Of a stretch of DNA of 64,000 nucleotides, positions 1 through 15,600 are shown piece after piece. Under the pieces are notes generated by a model. It ran no database searches. It had not been told where the DNA came from and saw only the letters and a program-made list of their open reading frames with translations. Each line of letters starts with the position of its first letter. Positions within the stretch are counted from its first letter, which is position 1. The position numbers were made by a program, and so were the translations under genes. The DNA is taken from contig OZ037766.1 of the NCBI GenBank assembly GCA_964035545.1, positions 1,426,001 to 1,490,000 of the forward strand, given 5' to 3'. Origin of the DNA: Bugula neritina. Lineage: Eukaryota; Animalia; Bryozoa.

Positions 1-1190
1 TTATAAATAAGCATTTCACTAAAGTCATGTCTGTTGATCAGCAATTGCATGGTGATCGCTCACATTGGACCTGTGCTAATCAGACTACAAATATATTTAT
101 ATCACAGAAGTCCTCCCCTCCCCAATTTTACTAAACAACACTGTTAATTCCTAACACTTGTCCATGTGTCATGTAACTCTTCAAATTACCTGAGCTAACT
201 CGGGTAATAAACCCACAGGTAACAATTTGGAGTTATGTGCACTTTTTTATTATTCCCAACGGTAGGTATATCCATTCTAGGAATAAAATTTAGCTCGTCT
301 TAAATTTAAATTATTTTCAGTTTATGAGACTCAGTAGCCTGACGGGATTCAGTGAAACTTATCCAATCAACAAAATTTGATGAGAGTCAAGGAGTATTGA
401 ATCACTCAACAAATACAATGAGCTGGTGGTGCTAGTTTAGATATAATAAGACTGAGCAAGGTACAAGTCAATGAGATGCAGAAAATTCGTCTATGACGTA
501 ATGTGAAGTTACTTGATACTGCAAGTGATGATAACTCCAAGTTATACATTAAACTACTTAGATTCTCTAGTGCAGACAGGAAAGAGTTTTTTATTTAATT
601 GGATTTTATTATTTAATAAAAATCAACACAAATAAGTACGAAAAGATACAAAGGGTACTAATCAGTGCGCTAGTAATGATTAATTAACAAAGCTCAGGTT
701 CTAGCTTACATTATTGAGTGGACAAGTGGGGGGTATTGGTAAGTATAGCACCAAAATGTGAGTAACACCATGTAGAACAAAAGCCTCGGTAAAAATAATA
801 AAGCCAGTACAAAATGGTTGATTTAGAAATGGAAGCCAAATGCTAAATACTGTTAGAATAACTTTTTGATTGAAAAGGAAGCCCAGCAAAAAAATCAACA
901 CGCAAATCAGAGTGAAACTTGCCATCTCAAAATCATGAACTTTCAATCAATATCAGGAAGGTGTGTGCAAGTTTAGAAATGTAAAGCTTTAAATAGTATT
1001 ATATACAGTGTAGTATTTTGGTACACTTATAGTACAATGTACATAAAGCAGTTTATTGAATCAATCTGAATCTATGGAAGACAGAAGTGTATAGTACAGA
1101 TGAGAGGCGAGAGAAAGCAGAGAGCCAGGGAGGATAGTAACAGCACAGTAACCACGGAGATGTGTGACACCATTTCCTGTAGGCAGGCCT

Positions 1191-4100
1191 TTACACAATC
1201 TCCTCGAGGGCGTCTTCGTATTCATCATTGCTTCTAATAAGAGAGAACAATCACACCATACATGCATGTGTCACCAACAGTAAGTTATATAAGAGAATCT
1301 ATTACATAATATATTACACAACTATTGTGTGTATAGTACCAGTAATATATTACTCACTCAGTGTCTTCAGATGTAATCGGTGGGCTGAGAGTTTGTTTGA
1401 GAAAAACTACAATTACTGTGATGTTATCAGTACTGCCTTCATTCTTAGCAGCACGAACGAGAACCTCAGCTACACCTATAGCAAGAATAGCAATGTGAAA
1501 CTGCACCAATAATATAGGAGATACAAAGTGAAACTACACCAATAATATAGGAGATACAAAGTGAAACCACACCAATAATATAGAAAACACAAATACGTGA
1601 ACTTATCACCAACAAGATGAATGGATACCCAATAAAAAGTATAGTTAGTTTAGCTAGCCAAGATAGTAGCAGTTGGCCAATCAGAAGCCGACAAGTCACG
1701 AGTACCTACTCTGAAAAGGCTTGCCGGACTGCACGTGCTCGTAGACGAGTTGCGTTGCTTCCTGTGGACTTACGGTGTCCCACAATCCATCACAAGCCAC
1801 GATAACATACTCATCGTCTTGATCTAGAGGGTGGGTCTTAGAGTCAGCCTTACTGCTGATGTATGGTTTGTGGTCAACATCACCTGATAGAAGTACACAT
1901 GGAACATTCCAGAAGGAAATCTACTTTAAATAGAGTGACTGGTAGCTGGTTACTGTGTAGACAATAGTGACAGTTATCAGTCTAGACTTTCTAGACATAC
2001 AGTTACATGAGAGAACAATATATCACTGCATTTGCCACAGATAACTGCAAAGGCAATTCACAGCATGCTACAGTTTAATACACTGCTGATAATATAACCC
2101 ACTACTTGTTTTATAAATAATCTACATAACACACCGATAGCTCTATAAATATTCTACAAAACACACCAATAGCTCTAGAAACAGCCAGGGTTCCATTCAC
2201 TCTCCAAGTGCCGTGCCACAACACAGAGCCGCCAAGAGCTTCGATGCGCTGTTTCTCCTCTTCAGATTCTGGTTTGTGAGGCTTCATTATCTCCACAACC
2301 TGTCCCTCACTCACCATGATAGCCTGTGAATCTCCGAGCCACGCAATATGCAAGATGTTGGGCTCTATGAGAACCACTACGCCAGTAGAACCACTTCGAA
2401 GATTCTGTAATCACAGCTAATTATTATCACTAGTAGTACTACCAGTAGTAGTACTACTACTGGTAGTAGCACTACTGGTAGTAGCACTACTGGTAGTAGC
2501 ACTACTAGTACTACTAGTAGTACTATCACTAATACTATTACCACTGCTGCTGTCTATTTTACCAAAGTTGTTAGAAGTTTGTCAGTTGCATATAAAAAGT
2601 AGTAAAACCAGACACAAGAGATAGAACCTCCACTGGCAATATTCATAAGAGATTTGAATTAACATTTAAGAAAAAAGACAGGTTCACTGCTACTAGTGAT
2701 CAAGAGCATGTATATACACATTTTTCTTTACTGATATGTAAGTATGTATATATCTCACCTCTTTACTAGTAAGTATGTATATATCTCACCTCTTTACTGG
2801 TAAGTATGTATATATCTCACCTCTTTACTAGTAAGTATGTATATATCTCACCTCTTTACTAGTAAGTATGTATATATCTCACCTCTTTAATGGTAAGCAT
2901 GTATATATTATCTCACCTCTTTAGCTGCTTTGGCACTGAAGTCAGCATCAGTCTTGCTAAATGCTGCCTCAAGAGATTTCGCTTTGTCTGTCGGAGAAAA
3001 AGTCTGTCCAATCAGATTGTTGAGAAACTGAGCTGCGCAGTAGTACGAAGCCTCAGGACCCCCATGACCATCATATACTGCATAGAAGGACGTATCCCGG
3101 TACGCCTGCATTACATTGGAGCATTATGTTGAAATTAGGCTACTCTCAGCTGTTTGTTCGCTGATTCAGCACAGATTAAAAGTCTCATTCAGACCAAGCA
3201 AATAAAATGCAAGTGTGTTTTACTGTGAAACTTATTCCAAGTGAGCTATCAATCAATTACCAATAACCGATTATTCAATTAGTTAAATTAATTTCTGTCT
3301 GCATTACAATTTGAATCTGAAAACTTTGTCACGACATTAATGTTATTAGGTTGTCCACACAGTTGGTCATTAATTTTCTACCAATTAAAATAAATTTGAA
3401 GTACTAAGTTTCTGCAAATATAAGATATTTTTGTTAGCCATACACTGAAAGACAGACCTAGCAATGTTTAGGATTTACCTCTGCAGTTGTAAACATTCTC
3501 ATGAGTGGAATCATCGTGTGGCGATCTTCCATTTTACGTCGTGTATTCTTGATGGCGTAATGAGAAACAACATGTCCGCCATGTTCACCAGACTCTACCC
3601 AGCTTACGGGAGGCTCCGACAGCCACTCGGTAATTATATCTTCCACAGTTTGGAATGTGAGATCACAAAGAGTTCTGGCTTCTAACCCTATTGTGAAATG
3701 AGCTAGAGCTATATGCATCATAAATATGTTACTTAAAACCACAAAATATAACCATAAATTGAGTGTAAAAGTAATATTTTTGCGCAGTTTAACCAAAAAA
3801 TGTGACTCAAAAGAAAATATAAATATGACCTAACTCACACGTTTCTGAGTCATTTGAATTGTTGGTTTCGCCTACATCCGGTGAAGGAATGTGACAATAA
3901 GGTTCTGTAAGTGTGACGCGTTTAACAGTTTCCACACATATCTGATTCAAAAGATAAACCGGGCAACGACTGCAAACAAACATAGAAACAATATGACAAG
4001 TCTTAATTATTGTAATTTAATGACTTACCATTCAACATCACAAACTACTCACACAGAAAGTTGAATCGAAATTTATCGATGTTTAGACTGAAACTCAAAG

Positions 4101-4959
4101 CATTACAGAAGTCAGAACTTGAAGCGTATGAAACTCAAGCTAAAAAGTCAAACTGTTGCACAGAAAGTGATATTTGTGCATTTCAATAATAATAGCAATC
4201 TGTAAACCCAGTTCACCATCAGACTGTTGGAAGTCTAAGCACTTACCATAACTAACAGGAAGGTCTTAAAAAGTCATAAGAACTAAAATTATGAATCATT
4301 GATATATGCTAAAAAGAGATCACAAACAACTACTAGGCCGAGAAGCTGCAATTTATCAATTAATTTTCTACTTGAGCAGATTTTAAACTTTGATTTTTGT
4401 GCACTTTCAGTTTCAGCTGCACTTAAATTTACCTTTAGTCTAAGTCTTACAGTTTTTAGTTGCAGTCTATTATGTTCGTACTTATACTTATACTAATACT
4501 TAGTCTTATACTTATGGCCTATGGGCGTATTGATATTTTTATTTTAATTACCATACTCAACACTGATAGTCATTATAATTATGAATATCATCACTTTAAT
4601 TCAAATTTCACTTTGGCGTTCACTGTCAGTGCATATCCTTATCAAATTCAATATCATATTGAATATCAATAAGAATGTGTTTTGAAAAGTTTAGCAATTG
4701 ATCACTCGATAGTTAATACTTGGAAGTTAATGGTATAGTGCTAAATACTATTTAAAATATATGATCAAAATTTCATTTTTTCTTACTGAGTATATAAGTA
4801 TTGTGTAGCCCATTCACAGCAATGCCCGGAGACTTCAAATGGTCGTATTTGAGTTTCTATTAATCGAAAAGGTGGAATCTTTTCATCAGATGGCTTTGAA
4901 AGATGCTCATTCACAAATTGATTTAAAAATATTTTATAGCTTTCGGATACAGAAGACAT
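1191..4959 (-). CDS. PPM1E: PP2C-family Ser/Thr phosphatase, PPM1E/PPM1F (CaMKP/POPX) type; 8 coding exons
   Basis: Exons approx. 4787-4959, 3838-3969, 3479-3686, 2917-3105, 2166-2404, 1708-1883, 1358-1476, 1191-1234 joined at GT-AG. Motifs: [71 protein letters not shown]1E vs PPM1F cannot be resolved (probably a co-orthologue). Confidence 0.9.
2738..2923. repeat. 31-bp minisatellite (6 copies) overlapping a PPM1 splice donor
   Basis: Unit GTAAGTATGTATATATCTCACCTCTTTACTA; the last copy contains the real donor (exon ends 2917). Confidence 0.9.
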
Positions 4960-6253
4960 GCTCTGAAATTTATCGGTGTCTTTTGCTGTTTCACAGTCAT
5001 TTCTATATAACTGACATTCCGAAGAACTGTTTATAGATAATAGTAAATGCACTTGGAGTTAATAGTTTCCTTAGAGCTTTTCAAACAAAATATGACTTTC
5101 GCTTTGTACAAGGTTCCGACAGGAAATTGACATCTCTCTCTTTGTTATCGAAAATATGCAAGAAGAGATCATAGCGAAGCCCGGAAGTTACTCTGAACAA
5201 GCGTGATCTATGAACTTTAAACCTTTTGACTCTGCGCGTTCAGAAATAACGTGTATCGAATAGAGAGCAAACAACTCGTTATTTGTTAATAGCACGTTCT
5301 AGATGTATTGCCCGTTGCAATAGAACTTCAATTGGTTAATAACAGGATATTTCGATTTGAGCACATCATAATCTATTAAATTCAACTAATAGTTTGCATC
5401 AAAATGCTGAATTTTATATTTTGCAGAGGATATTTTATATCTAAAAATATTTGTAAATAAAATCAATATACAAAAGAATCATATATATGGCATGGGTGCA
5501 TTTTCATTATAGATAGCTGCATTACATAATGGTAGAACTGTTTTATACGTGCAGAGAGTTCTTATATAGTTTTATATTACAAAACAAATTTATTGGTGAT
5601 TCATTTAAAATAATCGTCTTAGTCATTTTAAACACACGGGCACGCACCCACACAAATGATGCTATATTGCACTACAGTATGGATAAATACATACCCCAAG
5701 TAAAATGCAGCAATAAATTTGGTTGAAAGTTTGATTTCCACTGAAATTCAAAAAATTATTTGATTGAGTTGAGTTGATCAAGTCAGTAGTTGTATGTAAT
5801 GGTTGCATAGCTGAGGAGGAAAGACAGATACAGGGTCATTATTAGAATGAGTAAGTGTGTCAGTGAAGTGAAGAGCCGATCAGGTGAGCACCAGTGTTGA
5901 AAGAGAGAAAGAGTTAGACAGAGGGTACTAACTGAGTTGTCCCCTTACAGTTGTCCCACTCCCTTTTACCCTCAAGGATTAGAACGACTGCGACATTTAT
6001 TAGTTGTTATATATAAATTAGTGTATAATTTTAATTTCTGGAAATAAAAAACTTGAATGATTATAGAAAAAACATGTAAATGTGTTTATTAGGAAGTATA
6101 TAGAAATATTCAACATTTCCAACTCAATTATATAACTTTTATTGGAACATAAAATTTACACAAAACTCTGTAAAAACTTTTTAAGCTGTAAACTTGTGTG
6201 CATGCATGTCATTTAATTAAGCCCGTATTGTTTTTTCAATTGCGTGTTCATAG

Positions 6254-7729
<1,476 letters not shown>

Positions 7730-8137
7730 ATCTTGGAAGATGTGGACAACAATTATCTGCAAAAGAATATCTCAGTCTAAATTCTAAACCGTATGTCATG
7801 TAACCCATAATTATAATACAACAAGTTTATTCTAATCATCTCTTCAACTGAGATCTATAAAGCAATATACTTTCGTCTCAGCTAATTTTTCATGTGTTTT
7901 TATTTATGAAATTCTTTTAGTTTCTCAAGATGTATTCTTTTTAGATTTTATAGAACAACAAACATAATAAATACAAATAGAATGATAAATATTATAATAA
8001 AGTAATACTAAATATAATGTGGTACAAAATAATTTAGCAAACAAAACTTACTTGAAGCTATGCTGTAGTAGCTATGAATGTATAATGGTTTGGAACTTAA
8101 ACCTGAATATTATATAAATATTATCACCACTCTTCAG

Positions 8138-8350
8138 TAGGGCCGTATACAGCATATGTATCAAAAAGGTGGGAGGGGGGAGGTTCAAAAGAAAGTACTA
8201 AAAAAACTTTAATGATTTCAATTGGTGTTTAAAAATGCATGATTGCAAGTACAAGTAGAGGAGTAGTGAAGTCTTACTTGCACAAATAAAATATGCAGGT
8301 ATAAGGTACCTGATCATGCTAAACTCCAGGGGTCTTTCACTACGGCCCTG
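8138..8350. mobile_element. Possible short MITE (hAT-like ends)
   Basis: AGGGCCGTA near 8139 and TACGGCCCT near 8341 form a 9-bp terminal inverted repeat with an internal G-run; no TSD confirmed. Confidence 0.35.
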
Positions 8351-9603
8351 GAGTAGTCAGTTACATTGCTTGAAGTACCAGCAACGCATGCCAACCCTTG
8401 TCACATTGTCAATTATTGGAAAAATAAAATTATACTGACAGCTTAAAGAGTATATACAACAATGATTTGCATGAAAAAGTCATTGGGGGTCACATTAAAA
8501 GTTCAATATAGATTGAAACCAAGGAAATGTGCCAACACAATGCCTCCCTATCTCTGCTATGATCATATTATTATTCATCTAAGGCCCAGCATACACAAGT
8601 GTCAGTCAGCTATACCAGCACCTTGCTCAAAGTGTCAAATGTGCAATCATATACTAACCCAAAGAGCAGGCAGAACTTTTAATCAGTATAGACAATATTA
8701 AATTAATCTAAAAGTATTTTGCATGAATTAATCACTAATGGCTTAAGAGATTACAAATGGTCAAAACTGCTCAAGAACAATACGACATTATTTGATATGT
8801 TGATCATATTATAATCAAGCTGAAATCTTAATATTCTAAGTTCATTGCAGAGATAGCATATGGAGGTAAGCTAAAAACTTACTAATTATGGGTAGCAGCA
8901 TGGTAAAGCTTTTAATAAAGTGGTGCATGTTGAGAGCTAGTAACTTTTTCACCAATAAAACCACCAAATAGAATCTTCCAGAACAACACAAGGTATATTT
9001 ACAGCAGCAGTTGAAAAGAGCAACTCACCTTATAAACACTACACTGGAGGAATTCCACAAATACACAATATAATAATTCATTATACTGAGTTACCAACAC
9101 AAACTATTGCTCAAAACTGATGTAACATTTATGTGTAAGTTTAGCATTAATTCTTGTTCAATATATTTTACCAAAAACAGCCAACAGTCGAACTACCATT
9201 CAAAACAATGTGTGTAAGAATATAATATATTTGTATATATTTATTATATAAAAGAATAAAATAAAACATTATACTGCAAAGAGAAAATTTCTTCTTGAAT
9301 ATAGTAAATATAACACATAATATTGTAAAGAGATGTCACTATACGAGTGCACACCTTTGAGTATGTGAGAGATACATAGTAATACAGCCCTAATATAGCT
9401 GTAGAATAAAACAATAGAACTTATGCTTCAACAGTGCAACATACGGAGGGTAAAAAGACTAAAAGGTATTCCAAGAGAATAACAGAGTTGAGTAGACAAC
9501 TCTTGGAATAGAGAGTATAAAACTGAGTGTTTATAGAGTTTATAGGAATAATATAGTATCAGATCTGAAGAACACACAGCCTTTACATAGCGGAGTTCCA
9601 AGT

Positions 9604-12600
9604 TTACAAGTAGATGTCTTCCACTAAATCAGCCATGTGTGGAGGACAGGCTCTGAAGTCCTTGACCCCAGAAGGTATCTTCCTCCACGGCACCCAGGCG
9701 TGACCGTGGTACACCGGGGAGCCCCATCTTTCTGTGGGACAGTTTCGAGGAGCCTGAGATCTGTAAGACAAGACTACAGGTTGGTGTCCTGATACAACAC
9801 TCAGCCTATGTATGTGCTGTCTCTATACAACACTCAGCCTATGTATGTGCTGTCTCTATACAACACTCAGCCTATGTATGTGCTGTCTCTATACAACACT
9901 CAGCCTATGTATCTGCTGTCCCCATACAACACTCAGCCTATGTAGTGTCTCTATACAACACTCAGCCTATGTAGTGTCCCCATACAACACTAAGCCTATG
10001 TATGTGCTGTCTCTATACAACACTCAGCCTATGTAGTGTCTCTATACAACACTCAGCCTATGTAGTGTCCCCATACAACACTCAGCCTATGTATCTGCTG
10101 TCCCCATACAACACTCAGCCTATGTAGTGTCTCTATACAACACTCAGCCTATGTATGTGCTGTTTCCATACAACACTCAGCCTATGTATGTGCTGTCTCT
10201 ATACAACACTCAGCCTATGTATGTGCTGTCTCTATACAACACTCAGCCTATGTATGTGCTGTCTCTATACAACACTCAGCCTATGTATTTGCTGTCTCTA
10301 TACAACACTCAGCCTATGTATGTGCTGTTTCCATACAACACTCAGCCTAAGTAATACTACTCTAGACAGATACATGGCTCATAAATGCAACGCGCCGGTA
10401 GAATACCAAACCTATCACTGCTCCTCTGTGAGAAGATGTAATACCACTCCTACCTGCTGGCAACATCAAGCAGACGTTTCACCATCTTCTGCACCAACTG
10501 GGGATGCTGCTGGGCAATGTTGTTGAACTCACATGGATCGTCTACCACGTGGAAGAGACAGGGGGACGTCTCATTGTTGCAGGCGGGTAGGGACGGGTCT
10601 CTGGCCCCACACTTTACTGTAAGGTTGAGTTTAGACACGTCTATGCTCTCGGGCTTGTACCAGTCATCATAGCTTTTTGTAAAGGATCCCTCGCTACCAA
10701 TGACCTTGACATACATAATATGACCTTGACGTGCAGATAATGACCTTGACACACATAATATGTAGAAAATGACCTTGACATGTAGAATATGACCTTGACA
10801 TGCAGTCTTGCCCACGTTGAGCAACTTCAACATGAAGCAACATTTATAAGAATCACACAATATTACAGCAGACGACTCACGATAACTTTGTAGGGACCTT
10901 GTCTAATGGCTCCAGTGGTTCTATCATAGTTGTGAATTATCTCATCTCTGGGAGAAGGCAAATCCTCGCTCAGAGTCTGCCACAGGTTCATCCCATAGAG
11001 TTCTGACTTGTTGTAAGTAGAGTTGGCACCTGCGTATACACACCCGATAAACAACACATTACGACAGTAGCACACAGGCTACAAAGAGTGACGGCTGCTA
11101 GAACAATGTCTCAACTAACCAGCTAAATGCATAATCGTAGGCAACCAATCAGAGACGTGCACCATCTGATTACTGACTCGTCCTTTTTTCTTCAACAATG
11201 GACTCCATATGAAGCCTGTGGCACGCATTCCCCCTTCCCAGTACGTAGCCTTAAGTCCTCTACAACAAGGTAAGAGTAGACAACTTGCACAGAGTCTAAT
11301 GCTGATTGGCCGAACTACATCACATAAGGTACCATAAGCACCAACCTTAAAGGCCAGTTGCAGGCGTGATTCATATCGAACCCGTTAGCTGGCCCGCCAT
11401 TGTCCGTGCTGAAGATGATCACCGAGTTGTCTAGAAGACCTTTCGCTGACAAAGCTGCCGTTACGTTTCCAATGGCATCATCTAGAGCTGACACCATTCC
11501 TATAAGAGCAGTGATTGGGCAATGTGATGGAACGTCTATTCTCATTTGACATGAAGATAAACAAACATTATTTTACAATACTTGTCTCACTTTGTGTTTA
11601 CTGTGAGAAAAAGTAATGATATTACAGAATTAAAATAATTTTAAGAGCGCAATATTATAGGATCAGGAGTTGGTAAAATTTATCGCTTTAGATAGTTACT
11701 TCCCCGCAACAAACAACTGTATATACTACACTCAACAAACAACTGTATATACTACACACAACAAACAACTGTATAGACTACACACAACAAACAATTGTAC
11801 AGACTACACACAACAAATAACTACACAGACTACACACAAAGCATACACAACACACAAACCACTTGCGCTACACCCATGAGGTTCACAGCACTAAAGGAAA
11901 ACTTAAACATAGTTACTGAGTATACTATAAACCTTTACTTCTATCCAACTTTCTCATTAGACAACTTTCATTTGCTATTACTCCTTTTAAACTTTATAGA
12001 ATTAATATTTTTACAAGAGATAGAGCAAATGCAATAGAAACAAATATGAAACCTGTTATATAACCGGGTTAGGAGAATAGAAAATTTTCGTAGTACAAAT
12101 AAATTAGAAAAGCTTTTTAAAAACTAAACATGTGTTGGATTTAATTTGTAAGAACAATTTTAAACCAATTGTTTGTTAGAACTGCTTGTCCCTAAAGGAG
12201 AAAACAACTCCTATTAAATTTAAAAAATGTAGAAAGCTCAATAAAGCTGATAACAGAGCCAACACACACGCACACACTGAACACTTGGCAATGAGCTATG
12301 TTAGTAGATGTGTTGTTATGTTGGAGTAAGTCACGGTAAACAGGAAACACACCAGCAAACAGCTTCCTGTTTGGATCGGAGATGTACGGGAATCTGTCTG
12401 TGTATTTCTTGGGGGCCTCTAAAGGGTTGGATCCAGTAGACAGGGGGTTACCTGAATGCACTGCTTGAAACGGCAGATACAGAAAGAGGGGCTACAATAA
12501 TAATATATAGAGGCGCATGCAGAGAGGTGGTCTAAAGTCAGTCATGCAAACAATAGCTTCAAGAGACACACACATATGTGCAAGTAAATCCTGCTCATAT

Positions 12601-15600
12601 ATAAAACTCACATAAGTTTATAGTCACTATCCCTGTGAGAACTCTATGATAGAAAGGAGCTTTTTGTTAAATTGAGCCAAGGACCTATATTCAGATGAGG
12701 CACAGGAGCAATTATGACTAGATGCTCTTCCTAATATAACCAATGGCCATTGTCGGGGTTCGAACCTACGACTTCGTGCTTACTAGGCAAAAGCTCTAAC
12801 CCTAGACCATGGCTGCTCCCTAAATACTGCACATATATAGAGCAGGTAAATGGTGTACACATACACATATATATAGAGCAGGTAAATGGTGTACACATAC
12901 ACACATATATAGAGCAGGTAAATGGTGTACACTTACACACATATATAGAGCAGGTAAATGGTGTACACACACACACACACACATATATAGAGCAGGTAAA
13001 TGGTGTACACATACACATATATAGAGAGCAGGTAAATGGTGTACACATACATACATATAGAGAGCAGGTAAATGGTGTACACATACACATATATAGAGAG
13101 CAGGTAAATGGTTTACACATACACAGACAAGCAATAGTCCACTGCATACATACAGACAGACACACTCAATAAAATATAACAAGTAGTAGTTAGTTTGACA
13201 AGGGGAAGTAACTACAATTATTAGTGGAAAAGCTGGTTTGTTGGACACTGTAACAAAATGAGTTCGTCTTATTACAAAGGATAAAATTGAGATTTGAAAT
13301 TTATGCCATTCTAAACTGCCAGCATAGATTTACAAGTTGGTTTGATTTCACGCTTTTTGATAGTTTTTAAGATAACGGTTCTTTTATAGAGTGTAGAAAA
13401 ACCATCAAAATATGATGGAGATAAATCAAGCACACAGTACTTAGTAGAAAAAGAATTTTCGTTGAACAAAAAAGTTTACACAAACCAACATAGAGATGTA
13501 TATACTGTGAAAACATATTCTGCAACACTACTGGAACATAAAATGTTCAAAAATATATCATTTAGCTTTACGTAGTGTTTTTATAGGAAACTTTGTTTTC
13601 AAATCAAATTCAATTTCTGATGTACATGCTCATAGGTCAGTAAATCTCAGCCTTAAGTTCGATATACGAAGAACTGGGGAGAGAAAACCTGGAACTCAGC
13701 CTATCCTGGCCAATAGCTTCAAAATGAAGCTTTTCATAACCCAATAAACTCTACAAAAAATGCTTCAATAGCGCTCATTCTTGCACTTGTTTGCTTTCAG
13801 AGTAAAATTGTAAACAAATTTGAAAATTAAGCCAAAAGATTCAAAGTATATCATTTGCCAATCATCCATGTATGTCACTGCTCGATTCAGCGTGCAGCTA
13901 TAATAGCAAACTAACCAGCAAACAATTTCCTGTTTGGGTCAGTTATATGCGGGAATCGGTCAGTGTACTTCTTGGGGGCTTCAAGGGGATTATAGCCTGG
14001 TTGGGAGGGGATGCCAGAGTGCACAGCTTGATATGGCAAGTAGAGGAACAGAGGCTACAAGATGAGTTTACACATCATACCCAGGTGAGAGGGGAGGGGG
14101 ACCACACCCCGCAGCTTCATAGAGAATCCATGGTTAATCAACACAGAGGAGCGGTTAGTGCAACATAAAATATATGATTTTATATAATTCGAGCACTTTT
14201 AGTATTTTGTCAACAGTGAAGGTACATCTCCTGACACCTGTCTACATACTTCTATAAACTTGATTAGAATACAGAAAGCAAATCAGTTAGAAAGATTGAG
14301 TCAGTATATTTCAAAGGAGAAAACTATCCAATAGTTTAGAATTCAACAAGTAAGCTAAATAACTCTAATTTAATAAGAAGCATGTTTTCAGGCTCTCACC
14401 AACCTTACTAGTGTCATGGCTCTGTATAATTCTCTCAGCTCTGGAGGCAAACAACTCGGTTGAGTACGAGCCATTGGCTGACCTATCAAGGTCAATTCCA
14501 TCCCGGAAATCATACCCCCAGTAACCCGCTTCAGCCCAGCCTGTAACGAGTGAATTACTGTATACTCTGTATACTCTACACTGTATACTCTGTATACTCT
14601 ACTCTGTATACTCTACTTTGTATACTCTACTCTGTATACTCTACTCTGTATACTCTACTTTGTATACTCTACTCTGTATACTCTACTCTGTATACTCTAC
14701 TCTGTATACTCTACTCTGTATACTCTACAACATACCCTACCTGTGTGATCTATATAATCTTCAGCCCCCAAGTAGTAACCATAGTAACTGTCGAAACCTC
14801 TGTACAGCGGAGTCAACTCTTTGGCGAAGAAACCCAAGTGCCACTACAATAAATAAATCGTAATCAAGGGTATTCTGCAGCACTTTTCTTTGAATAGCAA
14901 CCTACAGACTCACTGATTCGAACCAGCACAATGTTCTGCACTCTAAAACTACACTCTGTAACACAAGGAGACAAACGTTTGAAGAGATCACTCGTAACAA
15001 CACACGAAGCTTTCCTAGAGCCCTTATACCCTGATTTATGCATATTCTCACTATTTAGATTGTCTCAAACACTCCACTGATAGAAAAAGAGGCGATAACA
15101 AAATAGCATAAAATTACTCAAACAGTTGAAGCTTTCACCAATGACATGCATTTAGTTAAAGAACAAGCCAGGAGAGAGAAACCTGCTAAATAGAAAGTCA
15201 GCATGAAATGTGATAGAGTTAGAGCTGTATAGAAACATACCAGAAATATGGTGTGAAAGATGTCAGAGAAAAGAGTTTAACCAATCAAAAGGCAGGCACT
15301 CGCATTGTGATTCAGACACCAACCAAACTACTACTATGGCAGAGTGGTAGGAATAGGAAAAAGAAAGTAAAGCATGCAGTTGTGAGATATCGCAAACCTT
15401 TCCCACTGCATGAGTGACGTAACCCAACTCTTTGAGGTACTGAGGCAGGATTGTCTCATTGGTACCCAGCCCATAGGGCTCGGGGCCCACAATCACATTT
15501 CTCTGTAAACCTGTAACATACAGCGTACAGTCTGAGTAGAGTCTGAGTAGAGAGGAGATAATCTACCTTTCCAACAGCATGCGTGGCATAGCCTATGTCT

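Noticed and set aside
701-946. Hydrophobic 81-aa ORF downstream of PPM1
   Set aside because: No recognisable motif or splice support; probably T-rich 3'UTR.
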